A stretch of 63,922 nt of DNA, the filler included, from an uncultured bacterium (GTDB taxonomy: Bacteria > CAYUVA01): NCBI GenBank assembly GCA_964448115.1. It is 4 parts of 4 records of this genome, joined end to end, with 100 filler letters (N's around TTAATTAATTAA, not from the genome) between each part and the next. Parts side by side here need not be neighbours in the genome. Positions count along the whole stretch, not along the records: positions 1 to 22,500 come from CAYUVA010000058.1; 3 more parts are not named here. One strand, 5' to 3'. Positions within the stretch are counted from its first letter, which is position 1. Every line of letters starts with the position of its first letter. Shown here one piece after another: positions 10,275-18,595 of this stretch. The notes beneath the pieces are model-generated. The model did not search any database, had not been told where the DNA came from, and saw nothing but the letters and a program-made list of their open reading frames with translations. Both the position numbers and the translations under genes were made by a program.

Positions 10275-11945
10275 CTATATATTTGATTTCAACCCTAGGA
10301 TGAATTTGTTATAGTCGAAGTTGAACAGGTCGATCCCGCGCTCGCTGAGCAGGAAGCTCTCACGCATTTTGTTATTCTCGAAGCGGGATAACACGCCCTG
10401 CAGCAGCTTCTTGGCAGATTCGTAGATCTGTCTGAGGGCATTGTGGTCGTTCTTGGAAAGATAGACCCTCGCAAGCTGCAGGTATATTCTCAGCAGCATT
10501 CTATCGTCCCCGCACTGTTTTGCTGCATTGATTGCAGCCTGTGCGTATTCGATTGCTTGCTCGTATTGCTTAAGCTCGTAGAAATCCTGTGCCAGTTGGG
10601 CTTTGATCTCGGACCTTAGGTATATACTGGAGACGAAGCCAACCGCAGCCTCTGCCTTTTTATGGCATTCCAATGCTCGCTTCGGGTCTTTAAGTGCCCG
10701 ATATGCTCGTCCCATCTCTACCAGGTTGTATATTATGCCCGCCTGGTCATTGCTTCGGCGTTTAAGCTCCATGGAACGCTCGAAGTATCGTAGCGCCTCG
10801 GCTGGTTGTTCAAGCTCGTTTAGGCTATTGCCGATGTTAAACAAACACATTCCAGCTTCTCTATCGATACCCCTTTCCTCGAAGATCTCAAGAGCCTCTC
10901 GACAATACTTGATTGAAGCCCAGTGATCGCCTAAGTCAGCGTGTATATTGCTAAGAGAGACAAGGGAATATGCTTGTCCAAGGCGATCCCCGATCTCCCG
11001 TTCCAGATCCAGCGCCTTGTGGCAATACTGGATTGCCCTATCGTACTCTCCTTTGCGGCGATAACCGATAGACAGGTTATGCAGATCGAGTATGAGGTCC
11101 TGGGTAGTGATCTTATCAGCGCCCAGCTTCACTGCCCTCTCGAAGTAGCTGACTGCCTCATTGTAGTCTCCGAGACGGTTATAGACACACCCGATATTTC
11201 TCATATTGGAGCATACCTCACGGATCAAGCCTTTTCTCTTGGCTATATTTAGCGCCTGGATGAAGAATTCCAAGCCTTCTTTATACTCGCCCAGCTTGAA
11301 GTGTGAGACGCCAAGCTCGCGCAGTATGCTGCATTCCTTGCTTTGGTTACCCAGCATCCGGCAGCAGAAAAGAGCCTGCTTTCGAACCGTGATAGACTCG
11401 CGATGGCTCTGAAAAAGATCGAGTATCTCAGCGGTCTCTATATATAAATCTTGCTTTAACCTCAACATGGTTCGGCTGTTGGGATCGCTAGTCTTCTCCT
11501 GTAGCATCTTGATGAGTCCCAGAGCCTTATAGAGCCTTTTCAGCGTCCCCTCAACACTATTTCTACTGGAGCCGAAGGAGCTTATCGTATTCAAGGTCGC
11601 TACCGCTGCCTTGACAGCCAGCTCACTCAGCCTGACCTTGCTATTGCTGTTTACAGGAGCCCTGCCTTCCTCCAAATTCGTCCTACTTGTTGTCTGTCGC
11701 TTTATGGAGGCATCCTCTAAGCCTTTGTTTATCAGGTGAATCATCCGATTCATCCAATCTTCTGGCACCTCGCTCGGCTCGGCAAAGGCAGTTGGAATCG
11801 ATTGTGAGTATTGGCTCAGCTTGCGATATAGTCGGCGGCAGCGCCTGCAATTTATAAGGTGATGTTTCACGGCAAGGCTATCCTCATGGCTAAGGAAGCC
11901 CTCCTGGAATTCTATCAGCCTGTCTTTGTCTAAATGCCCGTTCAT
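10275..11945 (-). CDS. Soluble zinc-finger anti-sigma (ZAS) domain fused to TPR repeats
   Basis: N-terminal H...HLINCRRC (HxxxCxxC) motif; about 8 ~40-aa TPR-like repeats (NIGCVYNRLGDYNEAVSYFERA etc.); no TM segment. Confidence 0.8.
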   Translation of the reverse strand: MNGHLDKDRLIEFQEGFLSHEDSLAVKHHLINCRRCRRLYRKLSQYSQSIPTAFAEPSEVPEDWMNRMIHLINKGLEDASIKRQTTSRTNLEEGRAPVNSNSKVRLSELAVKAAVATLNTISSFGSSRNSVEGTLKRLYKALGLIKMLQEKTSDPNSRTMLRLKQDLYIETAEILDLFQSHRESITVRKQALFCCRMLGNQSKECSILRELGVSHFKLGEYKEGLEFFIQALNIAKRKGLIREVCSNMRNIGCVYNRLGDYNEAVSYFERAVKLGADKITTQDLILDLHNLSIGYRRKGEYDRAIQYCHKALDLEREIGDRLGQAYSLVSLSNIHADLGDHWASIKYCREALEIFEERGIDREAGMCLFNIGNSLNELEQPAEALRYFERSMELKRRSNDQAGIIYNLVEMGRAYRALKDPKRALECHKKAEAAVGFVSSIYLRSEIKAQLAQDFYELKQYEQAIEYAQAAINAAKQCGDDRMLLRIYLQLARVYLSKNDHNALRQIYESAKKLLQGVLSRFENNKMRESFLLSERGIDLFNFDYNKFILGLKSNI

Positions 11946-11948
11946 TTT

Positions 11949-12578
11949 TCATATAGAGTAAGCCAGGTAATCGATGATCGACTTTAGATCATCGTAAGAT
12001 ATCTCCATCTCGGCAAGGATATCTTTTAGCTCCTGGCATGCTTTTTTATGCAAGTAGTGCACGCTTCCCTTGGGAACATTAAGTTTAGCTGATATGTCAT
12101 CCACGCTTGATCCTTTCAGCTTCTCCTTTAGGATCTGTTTGTTATCCGGGGATAAAAGTGCAAAGGCGTTTTTTACTTTAGTAATAAATTCCTTCATTAT
12201 GGTGAATTTTTCCTGCATCGGCAGCTCAGACATGTCTGTCTCATCATTTTGGGGGACGAAGACTCGGTTATACAGCTTCTGCCTGCGCCGGTAGTCAATG
12301 CACTCGTTATAGCTGAGGGTGGTGATCCAGCTTCGCAGTTTGGTCATATCCTTAACGGTGCCTAGCTTATTATATATCTTTATAACCACCGATTGATAGA
12401 CCTCCTCTGCATCAGCATGGTTCTTGATGCCGCACCGGATCTTGATTACATAGTAGATTATTCCAGAGAAGCGATGAATGAACTCGACCCAAGCCAGCGG
12501 ATCCCGCTGGGAGCAAGCTTCTCCAAGCTCTTTATCGGAAAGTTCGCCATAGGGGGTTTCTTTGATCATCTTTCCCAC
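11949..12578 (-). CDS. ECF-type RNA polymerase sigma factor
   Basis: Region 2 (AWVEFIHRF...DAEEVYQSV...LRSWITTLSYNECID) and region 4 HTH (SVDDISAKLNVPKGSV); stop is 3 nt before the anti-sigma start. Confidence 0.88.
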   Translation of the reverse strand: MGKMIKETPYGELSDKELGEACSQRDPLAWVEFIHRFSGIIYYVIKIRCGIKNHADAEEVYQSVVIKIYNKLGTVKDMTKLRSWITTLSYNECIDYRRRQKLYNRVFVPQNDETDMSELPMQEKFTIMKEFITKVKNAFALLSPDNKQILKEKLKGSSVDDISAKLNVPKGSVHYLHKKACQELKDILAEMEISYDDLKSIIDYLAYSI

Positions 12579-12675
12579 CCCGTAAAGTTTATCTTTCTGT
12601 TTTCATGTTAGAGCCTACACCAAGATAGACGATCCTCTTTTCTGTCATGCTATAAGCCCTAACCTTACTAACTGT

Positions 12676-12704
12676 AATATAATCCATTCTACAGCCTGAT
12701 GCAA
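12676..12704 (-). promoter_or_regulatory. Candidate sigma70 promoter for the ECF operon
   Basis: TTGCAT-N17-TATATT on the minus strand, ~100 nt upstream of the sigma gene. Confidence 0.4.
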
Positions 12705-12714
12705 ATGATCATGC

Positions 12715-13785
12715 CTACCCATTGAACATCAGTTGTTTTTCAAGCCAGGAGGCATTGTCAGCGTAATCCAAGGCAGTTTTCCCGCTTATCAAGCCCTGTT
12801 TATAGAGCGTAATCAGATGCTTATCAAAGCTTTGATTGCCCGCCTGTAGGCTGTCGTTGTGTATATACTCCTGTAGCTCATTGAGCTTGTGTTCATCGGT
12901 TATAATATGTTCTACATCCTTGTTTTTCACAAACAGCTCGAAGATGAATATCTTTTGCGACTTATCTTTTCCCCGCACGGTTTTTTGTGCCATGATACAG
13001 CGCAGGGTCTTGGTCAGTTGATTGCGGATCCATCTTTTTAGATGGGGTGGTGTAACCTCGTGAATCCAGCTTAGGGTTTGGATGGTGCTATTGGTCAACA
13101 TGGTGGCCATGACCATCTTTCCAGCCTCGGCGAGCTTCACCGCCTTGTGGAAATCCTCGATGTTATCCAGGTCGCTAATGAATATGATATCCGGATTGAT
13201 CGATAGCACGCTATCGAGTCCATCGCTGATGCTTTTTATGTCAGTGCCCACCTCTCTTTGCATTATGGAGCTATTCTGGTCATCTTGCAGGTAGCGGATC
13301 GGGTTCTCCAGGGTCATTATGCTGCGAGCAAGATGCTTATTCATGTAGTTTATTATCGCTGCCGTTGTGTAATGCAGACCCCCGTCAGCTTGCCCGGCAA
13401 AGATTATCATTCCCGAGGTATCCTGCAGGAATCGCTTCAAGCCTGCCGGTATATCTATCATCTTCAGGTCAGGTATCTCACGGCTGATCACCTTCATGGA
13501 GATAGCCAGGGTGCCTCTTTGCTTGAAAATGTGGACGCGATACCGCTTGAAGCCAGGTATGGAATAGGAAAAAGAGCTTTGAAAGAACCCCTCGTAATGA
13601 TGTTCCCCCTTGCCCCCGGTAAGCGCATTTGCCATGGCTAATATATCGGATGTTTCCAATCTTCTATAATCAACCCGTTTGAGTTTGCCGGTATTGGTGC
13701 GCACAAATGGTGCTGTACCAGTCTTGAAAAGGATCTCGCTAATGTTTGGCTTGCTCAATGCCTCGAGGAATTTCTCAAGGTTCAT
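12715..13785 (-). CDS. PilT/PilU-like protein with degenerate ATPase motifs
   Basis: PilT-like features (RYRVHIFKQRG, TLENPIRY, QREVGTD, QSFDKHL) but Walker A reads GQADGGLHYT and the His box reads GKMVMATMLTNS. Confidence 0.8.
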   Translation of the reverse strand: MNLEKFLEALSKPNISEILFKTGTAPFVRTNTGKLKRVDYRRLETSDILAMANALTGGKGEHHYEGFFQSSFSYSIPGFKRYRVHIFKQRGTLAISMKVISREIPDLKMIDIPAGLKRFLQDTSGMIIFAGQADGGLHYTTAAIINYMNKHLARSIMTLENPIRYLQDDQNSSIMQREVGTDIKSISDGLDSVLSINPDIIFISDLDNIEDFHKAVKLAEAGKMVMATMLTNSTIQTLSWIHEVTPPHLKRWIRNQLTKTLRCIMAQKTVRGKDKSQKIFIFELFVKNKDVEHIITDEHKLNELQEYIHNDSLQAGNQSFDKHLITLYKQGLISGKTALDYADNASWLEKQLMFNG

Positions 13786-13806
13786 CGTCTCCTCCGCATA
13801 TTGGGA

Positions 13807-15522
13807 TCATTTTACATTGAGATAGGGCCACCTGGGGCTTCTTTGAGCAACATTATCAAGTGCGATTATGCTTAGCAGCAGAACTTGCTTATTTATCGGC
13901 GCTGAAAGCTCCGCGGCAGGGAATACGAAGACCCAATTCTGCGCATCAGCCAGGCTCAGATCTACGCCCAAATAAGAATCCCCTAAATATAGCATCGCCC
14001 GCGAGATGCCGACTTGATTTATGTCATCCACCATGGCTAGCATCTCGAAGATGCCTCCACTAGTTGAGCCAAGGCGGGATGACATGTAACCAGCAAGCAT
14101 AACTCTCGGCTGTTGAATCGGCGTCTCGGTGGGCGTAGGAGTAATGGTCGGTGTCTGGGTCGGAATAGGGGTAATTGTCGGCGTGGCGGTGAGAATCCCA
14201 GTGTTGAACTCGTAAGCTCCGATATCAAAACCATGCCCCTGCGGGCGTGATAAGCCATCATAATCCTCGCCTGGCGCTCCCTGCGAGGTGGCGGCATCTA
14301 CTGCTATACTGGTCTCGAAAAGGTGAAAGTCCTGCATGGCTAGGTTGAGATACAATTCTCCAGCCGGATCCCTTGTGATCAATGAATTCACATCCTGCCC
14401 GGAATCCGCGCTCCATTTACCGTTTTCGATATCGTCCAGGGAATACTCCGGGTCGAAGCCCCAGCTTATCGCCCTTGAAGCGTTTTCATTATGAAAAACA
14501 TTGTAATCGCCGACATACAATCCAGAATCCGGCGCGTTGCCCAGCGGGCTATAGTAGCATAGACCGATATTAGCTCCATTGCTCAAGATGCAGTTGTACA
14601 TGCGCAGGTTCTGAGCGCTCTCCACCAGTATGTTATAGCTATTACCACCAACAAATGTACAGTTGACGAGTTCAGTAGTGGTGGTTATGCCCATATAGTC
14701 GAGTTCTACATTGGAGTTCTCGCTTCCATATCCAATGCAATTCTCCAGTCGAATATTATTGCCCCAAAGTTTGAATCCGCTGTTGCGGCAGCTATGGGCA
14801 AGGCATCTTCTCAGGGTAGTATAATCAGCCTTCACATCGAAGCCATCATAAACATTATAAGAAACGCAGCGCTCGATGATAAAATGATCTCCGTCTCCAA
14901 AGGCGAATCCATCCACATTTTGTCCCACCTGTCCATTGTAAGCCTGGCAGCCGATGATGCGCCCGTCATAACAGACATCTCCTCCCTCGGATGAGGCATC
15001 GATGCCATAGCCTGCGAAGTTATACAAGGTGCAGTCCCTTATCGTGAAATCATGGGCACCATTATTGCACGATATGCCATAAGGGGAGTCATGCACCAGG
15101 CAGCGCTCTATGATGAAGCCCTCGATACTTGGGCAATCAATGCCAAGCGAGCTCCAGTTCCTGACCTCGAAGCCAATGAACTGGTAATAGGAGTCGAGGA
15201 TAACGCCGGTGCTGTTTAATCCATCAGATTCTATGACCGGTCTTGAGTCGCCATAGGCAATGAATGAGATAGGCGCGCCTGATGCTCCTGGCGTGGTCAT
15301 ATTCACGCTTTCTTCATATATCCCAGCCTTGACATAGACCACATCGCCGGGGATCACGATGCTAGCAGCATGAGATATGGTCTTGAAGGGAAGCTCCTCA
15401 GTACCAGGGTTACCATCATCAGCAGCCGGATCATTTGTGGCAACATAATAGGTGGCAGCAAAGCCGGGGCTAATCAAGAAGGTAACCAGAAGAATGATAA
15501 GTGGTCTGTGTATGTATCTCAT
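13807..15522 (-). CDS. Secreted right-handed beta-helix (pectin-lyase-like) protein with Thr/Pro linker and conserved C-terminal domain
   Basis: Signal peptide; ATYYVA...GNPGTEELPFKTI (DUF1565-like start); parallel beta-helix repeats; DIGAYE; TPT linker; PRVMLAGY...WPYLNVK. Confidence 0.8.
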   Translation of the reverse strand: MRYIHRPLIILLVTFLISPGFAATYYVATNDPAADDGNPGTEELPFKTISHAASIVIPGDVVYVKAGIYEESVNMTTPGASGAPISFIAYGDSRPVIESDGLNSTGVILDSYYQFIGFEVRNWSSLGIDCPSIEGFIIERCLVHDSPYGISCNNGAHDFTIRDCTLYNFAGYGIDASSEGGDVCYDGRIIGCQAYNGQVGQNVDGFAFGDGDHFIIERCVSYNVYDGFDVKADYTTLRRCLAHSCRNSGFKLWGNNIRLENCIGYGSENSNVELDYMGITTTTELVNCTFVGGNSYNILVESAQNLRMYNCILSNGANIGLCYYSPLGNAPDSGLYVGDYNVFHNENASRAISWGFDPEYSLDDIENGKWSADSGQDVNSLITRDPAGELYLNLAMQDFHLFETSIAVDAATSQGAPGEDYDGLSRPQGHGFDIGAYEFNTGILTATPTITPIPTQTPTITPTPTETPIQQPRVMLAGYMSSRLGSTSGGIFEMLAMVDDINQVGISRAMLYLGDSYLGVDLSLADAQNWVFVFPAAELSAPINKQVLLLSIIALDNVAQRSPRWPYLNVK

Positions 15523-15773
15523 ATTCTAAATTATTTACCAGCGGGTTCCAATGAGCCTATGTTCTTTTCAGCACTTATTATATGTTTGTGCGCGAAACTT
15601 ACAAGTGAAGTTATCATAAAAGCGATATTAGGTTCACATTTATAGATGAATTCAAATACATTAAACTTTTAATATTATTAAATAGTATATAGATTACTGA
15701 TATTTTAATTCAGTTAATTATAGCTATTATAAGATATAATATTATTTTTATGTAGATAATCGATTTTAAAAAA

Positions 15774-15789
15774 TGTTCCACATGGAACA
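15774..15789. promoter_or_regulatory. parS-like palindrome
   Basis: TGTTCCACATGGAACA, one mismatch from the parS variant TGTTCCACGTGGAACA; the inverted repeat extends to AAATGTTCCA-CA-TGGAACATTT in an AT-rich intergenic region. Confidence 0.65.
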
Positions 15790-16002
15790 TTTCACGCAGT
15801 TAAGGGATCGGCGATTTTTGGGTCTGGCTTAATTTGTATATTGGGATGCGCCTTTGTATATTGGAGCTAAGCCTTGGAATGCCGCCGGCTTGCAGGCAAC
15901 TTAATACTATCTGCCTTGCGTCCTTGCCAGGAGCATATAATGGTAAAAGGAATTTACTATTCTGGGAACAAAATGACCTTCTCAGCTATTATAATTCAAG
16001 GA

Positions 16003-16506
16003 ATGAAAAGACTGAATATAAAAAAGACAGCCTTTCAAGCCATATTCATCTTATGCTTTACCGTGATTCTTAGTTTAGGCTATAACACCCTATCCAAGTC
16101 AGGCATCCCACTGGTGAAGAAAAGAATAGTAAAAGATCCTCTCAACAATAGGCAAACAGAGGTAACCAACAACCACAGCATAACCTTGGCGGAAGCAAAG
16201 CAAGCCTTTGATACGCAGGGAGCCATATTCCTCGATGCTCGACCGCATGAAGAGTATCTGGGTGGACACATTCAGGGTGCCTTATCATTGCCGGAGGAGG
16301 AATTCGAGGCATATTTCCCAGCAGTACAAGACTTTTTTTCGATGGAGACAAATATCATAACTTATTGCAGCGGAAGCGATTGTCTATCCAGCGTACATCT
16401 TGCCGAGATGCTTATCGATATGGGTTACAAGAATGTCGATGTATTCTTCGGTGGATGGCAAAAGTGGCTCGAGGCTGGATATCCAACATCCAAGGGACAA
16501 TTATGA
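16003..16506 (+). CDS. Membrane-anchored rhodanese-like domain protein
   Basis: N-terminal TM, FLDARP..EY..GHIQGA, YCSGSDC active-site loop, GGWQKW. Start codon uncertain (15940, 15973 or 16003). Confidence 0.85.
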   Translation: MKRLNIKKTAFQAIFILCFTVILSLGYNTLSKSGIPLVKKRIVKDPLNNRQTEVTNNHSITLAEAKQAFDTQGAIFLDARPHEEYLGGHIQGALSLPEEEFEAYFPAVQDFFSMETNIITYCSGSDCLSSVHLAEMLIDMGYKNVDVFFGGWQKWLEAGYPTSKGQL

Positions 16507-17018
16507 GTAAAGTCGGATCTATCGATAATAGGCAACCTTTGACCTTGCTTGACTGGCTTGTATTCATAGCGCGCCTGGTGCTGGGAGTAGTATTTATATA
16601 TGCTAGCTATGATAAAATCTTGGAGCCGGCTGCCTTTGCCCGAAATGTTGAGAACTACCGTTTTTTGCCATACCAGTTGGTCAACATCTTTGCCATTATT
16701 CTGCCCTGGCTTGAGCTTATCTGTGGGATTCTGCTCATCTTGGGAGTATATGTTGAAGCCGCAGCGGGCATAATTGGTATCCTGTTGGTGATGTTCATCA
16801 TAGCCATAAGCCATGCCCTTTTAAGGGGCATCGATATCTCCTGCGGATGCTTCAAGACCGGGCAGGGTAAAAAGATTGGGACCGATCTGCTTGTTCGTGA
16901 TATTGTTCTATTGGCTTTCTGTGTTGGCATCACTTTATGCGACCGAGCTGTACTTGGCGTAGAGCATCTTTTCAGAAGGCGTAAAAACAGGCACTACTCA
17001 CCCGAAGGTAGTGATTGA
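16503..17018 (+). CDS. MauE/DoxX-family membrane protein
   Basis: ARLVLGVVFIYASYDKI, LPWLELICG, GIDISCGCF motifs; ATGA overlap with the rhodanese stop. Confidence 0.85.
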   Translation: MSKVGSIDNRQPLTLLDWLVFIARLVLGVVFIYASYDKILEPAAFARNVENYRFLPYQLVNIFAIILPWLELICGILLILGVYVEAAAGIIGILLVMFIIAISHALLRGIDISCGCFKTGQGKKIGTDLLVRDIVLLAFCVGITLCDRAVLGVEHLFRRRKNRHYSPEGSD

Positions 17019-17155
17019 GCAAATAATCCCCCTTATTAACCTCAATTAGGATACAGGAAGATAGGTTCGATGGCGGTGAGGATTAGAAATATCCTGGGCA
17101 GGCATTTTTACATCTTGCTAACTATTAGTTATTATTTGTATAGAACATTGTTGAG

Positions 17156-18595
17156 GTGATGGCAATGCCTGGCAATAGATGGTTGCTTATATGTATAGTG
17201 TTGATATCTTGCGGTTGTTGTTGGGCGGCTACCGATCCTGGTACGCAGGGACCTTTTTTTGATGTTAGCTATGTGGATGTGCAGGTCGGTTCAGGTCTTA
17301 ACCGCATGAATGTGCGCATCTACTATCCAGGCAACGGTGAAACAGTTGAGCCATCCGGCGCACCATACCCGGTGGTTGTTTACTCACACGGCTATCAACT
17401 TGATGCCGACACATTGTTTCAGCATGGCGAGCATCTTGCTGGCTGGGGCTACATTTGCATGGTGGTCAATACGCCCTGGTGGACTACCAGCCATGAGCGT
17501 ATAGCCAACCAGATCAGCATTAACCTTGATTATATTATTGCTCGTAACTCGGATCATCGCAGCCGATTTCATAACATGATAGATACTGGTAAACTGGCAG
17601 CCAGCGGTCATAGCGCAGGGGGCAAATGCAGCATACTCGCTGCCTTCAATGATAATCGCATAAAGGCGTGTGCCACCTTGGACCCGGTCGATGATGGACC
17701 GTTCCAGGTCTCGGTAGCCCCAGAGTTGATTAGCCAGATGCATATCCCCATGCTCTTCATGGGGACCGATATTGCGGATACCTCGTGTAATCCGACCGAG
17801 AGCAACTACGAGCGCTTTTACGAGTCTGCCAATGCCCCCAAGGAGAAGGTGGTGGTGATCGGCGGTGATCACTGCCATTTCTGCGATTATGTGCATGCAC
17901 TATGTATTTGTCCAGAGGGGGAGGACTGGTCTCAGCAGCACTACTTGGCGCGTAAATATGTTACAGCATGGTATAACTACTTCCTGAAGGGGAACCAAGA
18001 ATACTATACTTATCTATTCGGCTTTGAGGCTAATCAAGATGTCTTGAGAGGTTGGACAACTTATGAATACATGCTTTACACGCCAACTCCCACCATAAGT
18101 GCTACCCCCACCAGCACCCCGGTTTTTCTAACACCAACTCCCACAGCCACAGTGCCTTCGCCCACTTTATCCTCCACGCCGACAAGTACGCCAACGCAGA
18201 TAACTCCCACCGACTCGCCCACTCCAACCAGGACAATGACTCTTTCTCCTTCACCAACGGCAACGGCAACAAGAGTGCCCGGCGCAATGATTTCTCTAGC
18301 CGGTTACTTTGATACCAGGCTCACTTCACAAGCCGGCGGAACACTGAATATCATAGCCCTGGTTACTGATAGAGCCTTTGACACGGTTAGTATTTTTATC
18401 GACAATAGTCCAAGCGGGATCTTTCTGTACGATACGGGAGAAAGCGGCGACTTCGAGCCAGGAGACTTGATTTATGGCTTAATCATGCAGCTTGCCCCTG
18501 GGGCGATTAAAGGCAGATATCTATTGGAAATAAGGGCTAATGACCCGGTGAATGTTCGATACCAGACCTTTCCTGCCCTGGTGGTTCGGGAATGA
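17156..18595 (+). CDS. Secreted alpha/beta hydrolase (chlorophyllase/cutinase-like) with Thr/Pro linker and conserved C-terminal domain
   Basis: Signal peptide; HG oxyanion motif; GHSAGG nucleophile elbow; LDPVD; GGDHCHF; TPT linker; AMISLAGY...FPALVVRE. Confidence 0.82.
   Translation: MMAMPGNRWLLICIVLISCGCCWAATDPGTQGPFFDVSYVDVQVGSGLNRMNVRIYYPGNGETVEPSGAPYPVVVYSHGYQLDADTLFQHGEHLAGWGYICMVVNTPWWTTSHERIANQISINLDYIIARNSDHRSRFHNMIDTGKLAASGHSAGGKCSILAAFNDNRIKACATLDPVDDGPFQVSVAPELISQMHIPMLFMGTDIADTSCNPTESNYERFYESANAPKEKVVVIGGDHCHFCDYVHALCICPEGEDWSQQHYLARKYVTAWYNYFLKGNQEYYTYLFGFEANQDVLRGWTTYEYMLYTPTPTISATPTSTPVFLTPTPTATVPSPTLSSTPTSTPTQITPTDSPTPTRTMTLSPSPTATATRVPGAMISLAGYFDTRLTSQAGGTLNIIALVTDRAFDTVSIFIDNSPSGIFLYDTGESGDFEPGDLIYGLIMQLAPGAIKGRYLLEIRANDPVNVRYQTFPALVVRE

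Noticed and set aside
15600-15770. AT-rich tract as oriC
   Set aside because: No convincing DnaA-box cluster and no dnaA/dnaN/gidA nearby.
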